Positions 45,856 to 59,300 of a stretch of 64,000 nt of DNA are shown piece after piece. Position numbers and translations under genes: made by a program. The stretch lies in NCBI RefSeq assembly GCF_030144855.1, contig NC_082722.1, forward strand, positions 28,892,001 to 28,956,000. The letters run 5' to 3'. The stretch's first letter is position 1; each line of letters starts with the position of its first letter. The notes beneath the pieces are model-generated. The model was not told where the DNA came from. It saw nothing but the letters and a program-made list of their open reading frames with translations, and did not search any database. The stretch is from Hypanus sabinus (lineage: Eukaryota).

Positions 45856-48800
45856 CAGTCATTAATGTCACATAGAAAGAGTTGAAAGCATTGAAAAATA
45901 TTCTAAAAGCACTTGTCTTTTCCTGGCACCATGGCATATATAGCTTGCCAGCAAGTTTTAGGAAGTGTATAAATTTTTTTCAGTGAATGGGGGGCCATGT
46001 CCAGAGATTAATCATAATTAATCACAAATGTATTTTTTGAAAGCAAAAGATAGATTTGGAGGGTTTTTTAAAAAATTTGCCTGATGAATATTTGTAACAT
46101 TAACCCAAAAACCCCCATCCTCTCAAAATTAACCTTTTCTAAAACCAAGATGAATTATTTTAATCTTTCCTTTAAAGCAGTTACTAAATGAGAAGTCGTC
46201 ATATAGAAAGAACATGCCAAAAATTGTTGTAAATGACCTGCTACAATGCAATTGTTCCTCCCGCCTGATGTAATATTAAGTACAAGTAGAAAGCCATTTG
46301 ATAAAAGTTTATTGTAGAAACAAAATAATAGTATCACAATGCAAATAAATGAACGTGCATCAGTTATTACCAAAAGCAGTTTTCTTTCCTAAAATAGATC
46401 AAAAATCAGTTTCTGCGAACACAAGTCCAATCAAGCATCATAGCTTCAGCAGCTTGAGGTGGCCCAGGATTTTGTTATATCTGAGGCTGAAAGACCTTTG
46501 AGGTCTTGCATCTTTGTTGACATAGAGGACCTAAAAAAATTCTCACAGCTAAAGAATAATGTCTTAAAGGGGATTTAGAGTTTAAAAAAAACAATAATAG
46601 TGCTTTCAAACAGCAAAAACATACCCTGTATGGCACAAAATATGAAGTTTAAATAAATTTTGAACACGTCTTTTAATACAAATTCACAGTACAGTAGTGT
46701 AAGCTGCACAGTGGTGCTTTACACAGTTGCCAAGAATTCTGAAGGCAGCGTTGAGTTACATCCATGTGAAAGGCAATATCAACTAATTATCCAAGTATCC
46801 ATTCTTTCATGTCTGCTTTTAATGTATCTATTAAGATATTTCATATTTACTTTTATTCAGCAACCATAAAACAATTAAAGATGCACACTTTTAATGTATA
46901 TAAATGTTACGATTATGGTTTGCATTTTAATTTTCATTCTGTAGGTTATAAATACATAAATATACCATCATTCTGATTGGCAACTGGTTAGATCACATTT
47001 CAGTCATTTCATGTTTGCACATAGACTTTCAACTGTTTTGTGCATCACTACAATAACATTTCCAAACACTGAAGTGATCAGAAGTTATTTGTTTCATCAC
47101 GATGGAGCACTTGTGTAGATATATTCATACATTCTACGTATTCTATATTTATCTTAATGTAAATATAGTACTTCAAATTCTTGGACCATATTCTAAATAC
47201 TGATATAAAAGCACTAAGGGTTAAAGCCACCTTCTATCTTGTAATAAAGGCTTCAGTTGCACTCCAAAGTTTTTAAAGTGAGACACTCAAATATCAGCTT
47301 AAATTCTCAGACGAATTGTCATACATAGTCACACTGCAACAAGGAATTGGTCCTGCTATTTCAACAACAATGTGAATGAACTTTCCATCAGCCTATTACG
47401 TAGTAATCTGAGTTCTGACCATAATGAAATCAAATGATCTTCATACCCTCTGGACTGAAGTAGGCTGTGTGAATGTGGAAAACAGAATGCACAGAAAACT
47501 AATAAAACAGAACCATCCTCCCCATTACAGAGAGTGAACAATAGAACTGAAAATACTTGTCAATTGCAAGAAATACCAGAAGGCTATTAATTGCTTTCAG
47601 TGGTGATATTGTGGCATTGCTTCAAAATAGAACTTAAATCCACAAAATAAATTCCTGTCAATGATTATTTCATAAAGAATAATGCCAAAGGAAAAGTCTT
47701 GCATCAAAAATACAAAAAGACACCAATGCATCTAATATGTAAAACAAGTTCCCATTTTGGCAAATCAATAACAATTATATAACGGCAACTGCCCGACAAC
47801 TATAGGCAGCTTTTCAAACACTGCTTGATAAAGTTCTGAGATTGCTGTTCTCCAAACTCTCCTCAGCATGGAAACTTATTATGCATAGTCAAGGTAGACC
47901 TGAACTGATTCAATTTATGGCAAAACTGAGATAGGTTTAAATTACATCGGCCATAATCCTTGATTGGAATAAAACATGTAGAAGATATATCAAATTGGAA
48001 CTAACTTTATTTTGTTATATTTTAGAAGCTTTACATGCAGTTAGAAAAAGGGACACTAAAGACAATAATTTGTCCAGAAAATTTGGTATCTTCAGAATTC
48101 TAGATTTCGAATTACATTTGGGACAATCTCTATATAATAATTTCATTATGTAACACATCAAACCAAAATTAGGAAATCCTAACTCGTAACACATTGTTCT
48201 ACATACATATTTGGATATTCTAACATCATTTTCCAATCTATATTGTATATAGTTTCAGACAGATGCCTGCAAGTTCAGAAATCACCCCAACTTTCACTGC
48301 TACAAACAAGAGGCTTTGTACTTTGCAATGCAACCTTCAATATGACCATCAAATTTCACAAGGATAAGGGCTGTGTGAAAATTGTGTATGTTTACTATTT
48401 CTTCATTGCTGGTAAGACTCAAATTTAACTCCCTTACCAATTCTCAGCATTTAAATGTTAAAATTGTGCAACACTTCAAGTTCTGGAATAACTTAATAGA
48501 GAAAAGGAATGGTGTTTACCTACATCAGGGAATTAATTGTCATGTTGAAAGTAAAAGGAAATTGAGTCCAACACAAACCAGCATTCCCAAGAGGGATAAA
48601 TTTTCAGAGATCCCATTTTAACGTCAAGTAGAATTTTCTTCCAAGTTGTTAAGATTATATATTTATGCAAGTAGCCCAACATTGATAAAGTAGAAATATT
48701 TCTAATTCGCATGGAGACTGTATTTGGCTGGATTGCAATAACCTTCAATGCCTCTGTATACACAATGCATGACCATTTTGCTGAGACACTCATAGAACTG

Positions 48801-49758
48801 TATACCCAACATGCATCACTATTTCAAAAAGTGAATCCAAAACCTAGTTTACGCAGATTAAACACTTTAGGAGAAATATTAGCATTCTTAAAGACAGCCG
48901 TACCAACAATTATTCTCGAAGATAAATGTTATTTTAAAATTTTGTTCACAAATGCTTAATGCATTTCTATAGCTCCAGTACCAAGATATAGGCTATTGTG
49001 AATGGATTGCTTCCATTCTCTTTTACATTGTGACAGATTACTAAATTTGCTCAGTCATCTTCCAAAAAAAGAAAATGGATGATGGAGTAATCGAATAGGT
49101 AAAGCATTATTTTCCCAGCTCTGTGGTTAGGAAGTTAAATGATGAGAGGTGATAGAATTTAAATTCACAAATGCAATGTATTCAGATAAAAGCTGACATT
49201 CTTTATCCACTTCTAGCTCAAATGCCAATGATCACAATGCAACCAACAGGTTACATGACACAGCTCATCAAAGTGAAGGAAGTTACACCATTAGGATAAT
49301 TAAAATAACCCCTGTGAGTGTCCACTACAAGGCAGCCAATACTCCAAGCATTAGCTTGCTTGACTGAAACCAAAATTTGATTAAGTAAATTAGAAATCTG
49401 CATTGCTTTTAACAAAGTGATTGGATAAAATTATGGATTGAGATTGAATCAGATTTTACACATCCTGCTGAATCTCGTGTTGCAGTTTAAAAATGTAATC
49501 TTTAACTTTTCTTGCGGTCTCAATTTGTCGAGACAGCACCTGAAACAAAGTTCAATCATGATAAATACTGAATAACAATGTTGGAGCTACCTTGTTTTAT
49601 AACTTCTTCTTGATAGACATGTGACCTAATCCTTTAAACCAGCACAAGTACTATCTAATCATTTATTCTCTGATTGTATTAAATGGTCAAGCACATTTTT
49701 AAAAATGACAAACATTGCCAGGAAACCAAACAAAACGATTTCCAAGAAAAGAACATGG

Positions 49759-49764
49759 TTTATT
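49759..49764 (-). terminator. Candidate proximal poly(A) signal of NUTF2
   Basis: First AATAAA I found on the minus strand after the NUTF2 stop, ~375 nt downstream. Confidence 0.45.
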
Positions 49765-50137
49765 GTATCCTAAGCCAACAAAAGGTATGAACATATCAAA
49801 AGGTTGGGTAAGAAGTTGCTCTTCTTATTTTGTTTCTTTGGATTGCTATAGCAACTTACCAATACATAGGAAAGAAAAAAATAGTGTGGTATGATTTATC
49901 TTCTAAGGCATGCTGGTACAACACAATGGGGTACTGTCTTGTCATTGTCAGCTAAACTAACAACTTTCCAAACATCATGCACAAATAATTTAATTCAAGC
50001 AAACTTGTGATTAGAGACTGATCAGGTTGCAAATTTTTACTGTTGGGTACACATTTGTGCATGATATTTAGAATCCAGTTATTGCAATTAATAGCAGACT
50101 AGAAGAGTGGATATAAGGACGTGCAGAAAGAGAACTC

Positions 50138-50251
50138 TCAGGAAAAGTTGTGCAGTGATAGCCTGAAGACATCGTTGGTGCAGATCCAAGATTCATTGAT
50201 GTTTTTCAGTAAAAATACCTGGTGGAATCCCATGACTGGGTCTTCATCAAC
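50138..50251 (-). CDS. NUTF2: NUTF2 (nuclear transport factor 2) last coding exon
   Basis: TTTAG|[37 protein letters not shown] matches the NTF2 C-terminus (human [37 protein letters not shown]). Upstream exons were not found in the window. Confidence 0.95.
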   Translation of the reverse strand, partial: VDEDPVMGFHQVFLLKNINESWICTNDVFRLSLHNFS

Positions 50252-51432
50252 CTAAAGTGAGAACAAAACAAATTTAGATTCTGAATATGAAAGGATTTTT
50301 TTTTGATTTGTTATTTTTGCATACACAAAATATGAATAGCTGAAATCATTAATGGCAAAATCCATGGGTACTTTAAAGTTCCTGGAAACTAGTTATTCCA
50401 AATTCCAGGCTTCTCAAGTTGGCGCAAGGAAACAGAATATCTACTACTGTCTACAGTTGGAGACATCCCTTAACTACTATTCTCAAAGGTGGCTTGAAAG
50501 AGTTCATTGAGAAGGAGATACTGACAAGACCAAATGGAATAACCTTTTCCAAGCTAAGCCACCACCTCAGCTGCACAAAACAGAAAAAATATGGTTACCA
50601 TGATCTCAAAACAACAGCCCACAAAAATATTATAATGCTGTGGAAGCCTGAAGCTCCATTTAAACTTATAACATTCCTATCACCCACCAGAATTAAACCA
50701 AAGATTCTGTAGCCACAAAGCATTTCAATGTTTAGTTTTAGGTTAATTCCATATTATTTAATTCTATATTATGGAATCCACATGCAACAGGTAACATCAA
50801 GACTGATTTCACAGAATAGATTTTGACTAAAATGTAGATTTGCTCAACAACCATTACAAGGACTGCAATCAAAGCTGGAGTTTCTTAATATTTAGACTCA
50901 CAAAACAATTTGATCATTCTTGGATTTTCATGTTGAGCAAGATTTAACATATTTTGTCTCCCAGTTGTCAAAATGTCAGACCACTGTTCAGTCAGCTTCT
51001 GATATATCGAAACATCAAGTCAGCAAAAGATATCATTATGAAAGGGCTTAAATCAATTCCTTCTTGCAGTTGGCTTCCACTACAAGGTACTTCATCATGA
51101 ATCATGAAAATACCTTACATGGTTCTGTTCTTTTCAGTACTGCTTACACTCCAATGGAGATTCCCAAGTTAACTGGCTGATATGATAGTGAACTGAAATG
51201 CAACTCAATCTTACCAAAAACAATCCATAATATTAGAAACTGCTCAAAGGCTGAATTAGATAATGTCAAAAGGGTCTAATTTTTTTGCCAGAGGTGGGAT
51301 TGTTGCTCGCTGCCAGTTACGCTGGGGTGGTACTTTGAGGTTCTTAAGTTTATCTGTTATTCATTCTTTGGGGCACTTCTGTTTTTGTGGATGTTTGGGA
51401 AGAAAAAGCATTTCATGGTGTATATTGTATAC

Positions 51433-54400
51433 TTTTTTTGTAATTTATTTTTCATTGAAATTCATCATTCAAACATTTCCATAAGATGTATTTCAGATAC
51501 TGTATATGTATATATCATATATTCATGTTTGCCACAGATCTCCACATAGTATTTATCTGAGGTATACACTTATAGAAAAGAAAGAACAAACAAAAGGAAA
51601 ACTATGTACGAGTAGGAAGTGATCTTTTTTTAACAACATAATCATTGATTTGTGAGAATAAAATCAGGCCTACGGGGTGTAATGTAGTTAAACCATTTTT
51701 CCCAGTATGAATGAAATTGTTCCAATTTATAATTGACAGATGCTGTTATCTTCTCCATTCTGTAAATGTCCATTGTTATTTCCATCCATGTGTTTAAAAT
51801 TGGGCTCTCCTGTGATAACCTTTTCCTGGTAAGAATCTTTTTACCAGTCACCAGCAGTATATTCATTTAATATTTATCTCTTTTCAACCATTCTTGAGGT
51901 ATATAGCTAAAATATATGGTCTTACTTTCTAAGGGTATTTCACATTTAAAAATGTCTTGTAGGGTATTGTGTATCCCACTCCAGTAGTCTTTGATAATGG
52001 GGCAATCCAGGAAAATATGGTAATGGTTTGCATTTTGATTTCCACAATTTATTCACCAAACAGGGAGGTTACTATCATACTGGGATTTCTGAGAGGGTGT
52101 AATAAAATATCTTATCAAGTTTTTCCATCCAAACTCCCTCCATTTCTGTGAACTGGTACACTTCCACTGATATCTCCATATTGTTGTCCAATCTTCCTCA
52201 GATATAATTATCCCTCCTTCCTTCTCCCATTTTGTTTTAATATTTGACAGACCCTTATACACGCTTGAAATGATTCTACTACTATTATCTGAATAATATG
52301 CTTTTCTAAACAGTTCTATCAAACGTACTTGCTTCAGTTACATTTTTCACCCTATTAACATGTCGCATCTACAAATACCAATAAAAATCTTGTTTTTCTA
52401 TTAAGTATTTCTCTTTAAGCATTTCAGAACTGTTCCTTCTTTCATTATATTGCATAGAACTGTTATTCCTTTAGCTGTCCAGTCCTTAAATCTAGCATCC
52501 AGTTTATTCAGCGTAAAATCCAAGTCATATGCACACCATTTAAGAATTACAGTATCTCCCTCTAGTTTATATAATTTTATAATAGTTTTCCATATTTTAA
52601 GAGTCCATTTCACCCATGGGTTATCAATAGTATTTATGTAACTTTGTAGGTTGTTATCAGCCAAAATTGCCTGTATGGGGATGGAAGGTATCTTCTCAAT
52701 GTTTTTCCATGTTGCACCAACATATCACAGCTCTCATCCATGCTGCAAAATAATAATCTCAAAGAGAAGGTAGGCCCCATCCCCCCTTTTCCTTGGCTAA
52801 TTGCAGAATTTTGAGACTAACTCTAGGTCTTTTACCTTGCCATATATACCTTGATAACATTTTGTGCCATTCATTGAATTGATTTTGGTTCATCTCTATT
52901 GGTAGGGTCTGAAAGAGATATAATAGTCTGGGCAATATAATCATTTAATGGATTCAATCCTTGAACTGAGACTAAATAAAGGAATTGGATTCTATCATTA
53001 TGGTCTTCATTAATTTTTTTTATATATAGGCAAATTGCATTCTGATAATTTTGCCAAATCTTTTGGTATAATGATGCCCAAATATTTGAAAGACTGTTTG
53101 CCATGCCAAGGGATATCTACTTTCAATCTCTCTTGATGGGCTATAGTTATAGGAAAGTAATTGGGTTTTACCTATGTTGATCTTATATCCTGATAATTGA
53201 CCATATTGTTCAAAGGATTGCTTCGATGTAGGTCAAAATGTCATCCGTGTAACAGGCAAATTGATGCTCTGTCCCTTTAATAGTAATTCCCCTGATATCT
53301 TTGTTTTGTCTGATGTATTGAGCTAGTGGTTCCAGATATAATGCGAAGAGTAGTGGTGACCATGCACAACCCTGTCTTGAGCCCCTTTCTAGGGTAAAAC
53401 TATTTGATAAATATCCATTGATTTTAATCCTAACAGTGGGATTGTCATATAATGCCTGTATAGTTTTAATAATTGTCATGTAAACCAAATCTATGTAAAA
53501 CTCTGTAAAGGAAATTCCAATTAACCAAATCAAATGCCTTTTCAGTGTCCACGCCTATCACTATTGCTTTAATTTTATTTTAGAGTCCTTTTTATATTGT
53601 CTTGTGTTTGGCGATGTATAAAACCTGTCTGATCATTATGTATCAGTGTGGGTAGAAACTCTTCTAATCGTTTGGCCATGATGGAGGTAAATAATCTACA
53701 ATCTACATTAAGAACAGATATTGGTCTAAATGACCCACATTCCATTTTATCCTTGCCTTCTTTCAGCGTAGCTGAGATTATCACCTCCTTCCAGCTGGGT
53801 GGTGTTTGTGCCTTTTTTAGAGCCCAGTTCAGCATGGAATTAACTCATTTTTAAATTCTTTATAGCACACTGCCATATATCCATCTGATCCTGGTGACTT
53901 GCTTAATTTAGGCCTACTAATTGCAGTTTTTAGTTCAGTTTCAGTTATGTCAGCATTCATCGTTCTATTTTGTTCTTCATTTAAAGTGCATAACTCTAGA
54001 GAATTCAGGTAGCTGTCAATTTGGGCTGTGCTTACCCCAGAACTTCAGAATATAAAGTTTTGTAAAACACTTCAAAAGCTTCCTGAATTTCACTTAGCTT
54101 ATTTTTTTTTTAAATCACTTTTGTTCTTGGATCCCTAATTCTATGAACTGTACTTTCTGCTAATTTTTTTTTCAGTTTCCACACCAGTATTTTCATAGAT
54201 TTAGATCCAGTTTGGTTCAAAAACATTAGATTTTTCCTGATTTCCTGTGTAGCCAAACTATTGATTTTGTTCCTAATTTTTAAAATTTCCTCTATTGTAT
54301 CCTTCGCCAAACTCAATTTTTGTTTATTTCCCTAGTTCCTTCAGCTTGTTTTGTAATTCCTGTTTTATTCCTTATTTTTTCTTATATGAAGATATCGCTA

Positions 54401-55186
54401 CAATTTTCCCTCTTAAGACAGCCTTCAGAGTATCCCATAGAATGGGAGTTGAAACTTCTCCATTATTGTTAAATTCTAAGTAAAGACCAATTTCTTTTTT
54501 AATTTGTTCCTTAAAATAGGGATCATTGAGTAGACTTGAATTTAGTTTCCATATAGTAGTATTCTTTGGTTGCAGGTCAAAATCAACAGGTAAATATATA
54601 GGTGCATGGTCACTTAAATCTATTGTCCCAATTCCACAGGTGTTTATTTTGTTTTTATCTTTTCCAAATGTTATGAAAAAGTCTATTCTTGTATATAAAG
54701 AATGGGGAGCAGAATACTGAGTGTAATCCCTTCTATTGGGGAAGAAGGTCTCTTCATATATCAATTAGACCAACATCCTCAAAGGGTGTTAACTTTCTTA
54801 TGTAATGACTTAGTTTCATGGGTTTTTCTACTGGAAGAGTCTAACTTTGGTTGTAATTGTAAATTTAAATCTCCCCCACATATCAAGAGACCTTCTCTTT
54901 CTGTTACCATAATATTAGCGATTTTCTGGAAGAAACTAATATCACTTCCTGGGGGTGCATATATATATTCAATAGAGTAACTGAATTCCCGTCTATATTC
55001 CCCCTTACAAGAATATATCTGCCCTCACCTCCCATTTTGAATACCTTTTCATAATTTAGCTTGCTTGAGATGAGAATAGCAACTCCTCTCCTATGTCCTG
55101 ATTTATATGAGAAGAAAAACAAATTAGTGAAGCCCATTCTCTTTACTTTTCCATGCTCATTATCATTTAAATGAGATTCCTATAAA
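51433..55186 (-). mobile_element. L1-clade LINE ORF2 relic (endonuclease + RT) in the last NUTF2 intron
   Basis: [60 protein letters not shown]; TGTATAC duplication at 51426-51432 / 55187-55193; inserted into the tail of another retroposon. Confidence 0.9.
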
Positions 55187-56311
55187 TGTATACATTTCTC
55201 TGACATTAAATTGGACCTTTGAACCTTTGATTCAAGAACAGTTATCAATTTTGAAAACACACCCATTGACAGAAGATACAACAGTCGTGAGCTTATACCA
55301 CTAGGCTCATGGTCAGCTTCTACCCCAGTGTTAGAAAATTATTGAACTGTTCTCCAGTAAAATAAGATGGATTTTAAACCCCACAATCTACCCTGATAGG
55401 ACCTTGCAACCTTTTTGTCTATCTGCACTGCACTCTAATTGTCTTACCTTGTGCTACCTTAATGCACTACTATAATGAATGGATGCGCATGAATAGTGTG
55501 CACATTTTTCACTGTACCTCCATAGACCTGACAATAATAAGCTAACAAACTAACAGAAGTTATAGAAACTTATATTGCTGAAATCCAAGATTAACAACTA
55601 TTTATTTACAGATTTACAGGTACTGTTTTCCCAAGTGAACCTGAAATTTGCAGTACTACTCTGTTAATGCTCAAATTCTTCTTCCAACTTAATAGTACAA
55701 TAAAACTTATTTTGTTTATGCCGAATCTCCAAAAGTGCATTACAGCAAATGAATGATTCGTGCATTCATGGATGCAAACAAAGCTGTCATTTTGCACACA
55801 GAATAATGCAAAAAGGCAAATGACCAGTTGCATTGTCAGTTAAAAATCAACGTGGAAGCCAGAACAACGGGAAACTGTTCTAGCCAACAGCTTCACATAG
55901 CCAACTTTTGCTTAACTGTAGTAACAAGAACAGGCAACCTTAATCTCATCAAATGCTACTGAAGCAATTGTATCACAAAAGCAAATAAGAAACTAAAGGA
56001 CATAGCCATGTGGCATTAACACAGTAAACTTAAAGTTATGGTGCCTACTCGACATTTGATGTACAGTTTTAAGTTATAACCAGGGTACAACAGCATACAT
56101 GAGAAACTTCAGCATGTCATACAGCATCTGCAGAAGAAAACAAACTGCCAATGTTTCCAATCGGAACCCTGCAACAGGATGTTTATTGCTCTAGATGCAG
56201 GAACAACTGAGTTCTTCCACATGTTCTTTGTTGCTCTTCCAGCATCTTCAGTCTCTTACGGCTTCTTAACAAGGGTGATTTCAGAGTTTCCAGAGGTTGC
56301 ACAAAGTTTTA

Positions 56312-59300
56312 AGACCATAAGACATAGAAGCAAAATTAGACTATTCAACTCAATCGAGTCTGTTCCGCCATTCACACATTGCTGACTTATTTTCAAAGTA
56401 CATTTATTACCACCGTATGTACATATACAACATTGAGATTTGACTCCTTACAGGCAGCCACAAAACAAAACCCAACAGAACTTATTAACAAAAAGAGTCA
56501 AACACCAAGTGCAGAAAAAAAATCAAGCACACGATAGAAGCTAACAGTATTCAGAACCGCAGTTCATGAAATTGAATCCACAGCCACAAAGCTAGTTCAT
56601 CATTGCAGCAAATTAAAGATCCCAATAATTGCAGACCCCAACTTCAATTCAGTGTAGAAACCAACTAAACTTGGCGAGCAGCAAGCTAAACATCACCCCA
56701 TCCCTTGCCTCCAGCCCCAACTCCCTGACCTTTTCAATCCGGCCCAGTGCTTAAATCAGCCAAACTGCAGCTCATTCCTCCTTCTCCAGCCCTGGCTCCA
56801 CTGCCTCGACTCAGTTGTGTTGCTTTGAATTGGCTCCAAGCCTGCAGCATCAATGACCATACACTGGCTTGCTCCTCACGCTCAGATCTGGGCCCCACCC
56901 TCTCAGTTCAGCCCATACACACCACATTACAACCACCTTGCACCTTCAAGACCTCAGATCACACTTCAAAAAATGCCAGGCAATTCAAAAGCTCAACTCC
57001 ACAAGTGAAGTTACAGGTTATCAATTGTGATGATTGTTTGAGTAAGCGTGATTAATAAAGTAACTAGTAGCTTTGTTTGCTGCCAGCAAGTCATCACTGT
57101 GCTTTGCCAGTGCCATCTGAAACCAAGGCCCTCTCAAACCCATTCTCCTGCCCATAACCTCTGAAGCCCTTAATAATCAAGAACCTATCAACCTCCACTT
57201 TAAATATACCCAATGACTCAGCCTCCACAGCAAACTGTGGCAATGTATTCCACAGGTTTATACTCCTCTGGTTAAAGAAATTCCTCATCTCTGTTCTAAA
57301 GGGATGGTCTTCTAACTCTGAGGCTGTGCCTTCTGGCCCCAGACTCTCCCAATATTGAAAACATCTTCTCCTTATCCACCCTTCCATATTCAGTAGGTTT
57401 CAGTGAAATTCTTTCTTCATTCTTCTAGACTCTATTAAGTACAGGACCAGAGTCAAACATTCCTCATACATTAAAACTTTTCATTCCCAGGATCATTCTC
57501 ATAAACTTCCTCCTGACTCTCTTGAATGTGAGCACACCCTTTGTTAGATAAGGGGCCCAAAACTGCTCATTATAACTCAGTATTACATCTTTGCTTTTAT
57601 ATTCTAGTCCTCTGGAAATCAATATTAACATTGCATTGCTTTCCTTACAACCAACAAAACCTATGAATTAACCTTTAAGGAATCCTGCACTAGGACTCTA
57701 AAGTCTCTCTGCACCCCTGATTTCTGAGTTCACCTTTATTCCTTCTACTTAGTCATTACACTTCATTACGCTGTATTCCACATGCCAATTCTTTGCTCAT
57801 TTTCCTAATCTGGCCAAGTTCTCCTGCAGATTCCCTGCTCCAACACTACCTGCCCCTTCACTGATCTTTAATCATCTTATTTCTAGCGATTGCTGTTCTG
57901 CCATCATTCCTGCTAGTGACCCCTTCCAATTAATTTTGGCCAGCTCCCCTCTCATGCCTCTATAATTCCCTTTACTCCACTGTAACAATGAAACATGTGA
58001 CTTTATCTTTTCGCTCTCAAACTGCAGGGCGAATTCTGTCAAATTATGATCATAGCCTTCCAAGGTTTCCTTTACCTTAAGGTCCCTAATCAGTCAGTTC
58101 ATTGCACAACAAAATCCAGAACTGTCTTTTTCTAGTGGGCTTGATCACAAGCTGGTCTAAAAAGTCATCTCATAAGCAAATTCCTTCTCTTGGGATCCAG
58201 TACAAACTGATCTACCTGCATACTAAAATCCCCCATGACCATAAACCCGCCATGGATGGTCCCAAGCATGGCTGCGAAAGGAGGTGGGTTGGGCATGGGG
58301 CTAGCAACCCCATCCTGTAAAAACGCAAAGAGCTCAGCCTTATGAGAGGAAGGATACATTTGGGGACAACTTGAAAGACTGGCCCATGATAGAGAACTCT
58401 GGTGAGCTACTCTCAGAGGCCTATGCCAGCAGGGATGATGGCCTTAAGTGAGAAAGTATGACCATTATAATTTTGCCCTTTTTACATGCCTTTCCCTTGG
58501 CTCATTGTAGTTTGTTCTCCACATTCTGACTACTATAGATCTATATACAACTCCCATCAGGGTCTTTTCACACTTGCAGTTTCTTAACTCTAGCTACCAC
58601 GATTCTATATCATCTCATCCTATGTCCCTCCTCTCCAAGGATATTATTTCATTTTTTTTAAAAACAGAGTCACGCCACCCCCACTGCTCACCTGCCTGTC
58701 ATTTTGAAACAATGCATATCCTTGGATGTTTAGCTCACAACTGTGATCTGTTTTCAACCTTGACTTTGATGCCCACAATATCCTATCTACTTATTTATAG
58801 CATATATCTTATTTGTTATACTATGTACCTTTAAATATAAAACTATCAGTCCTGCATTCACCATCATTCTTCACAATTTTGTCACCACGTTACCTGAAGT
58901 TAAATTCTTCTCCCTTTCTAAACTTTGTCTTATTGTTCATTCAGGAAACTTCAGTAACCTCTCCTGCACTCTCCTTCCCTTTTAGTTTAACCATACTTTG
59001 CCAAGCTCCGACCACCCCCACCCCCCCATTTAGTTTAAAGCCCTACTCACAGTCCTGGTTATGTGAATTACTAGGAACCTGGTCCCAGCATGGTACAACA
59101 GGTGGAGCCCATTCCATTGAAACAGCTTCCTCCTTCCTCAATACTGGTGCCAATGTCCCACAAATTCAAGCCCACTTCTCCTACACTAATCTTTGGGCTG
59201 CACATTTAGCTCATTTAGCCTGTGCCAATTTGCACATGGCCTAGGAAACCACCCAGAGATCATTATCTGTTGGGTTCTGTTTTAATTTGGTCCCTAGCTG

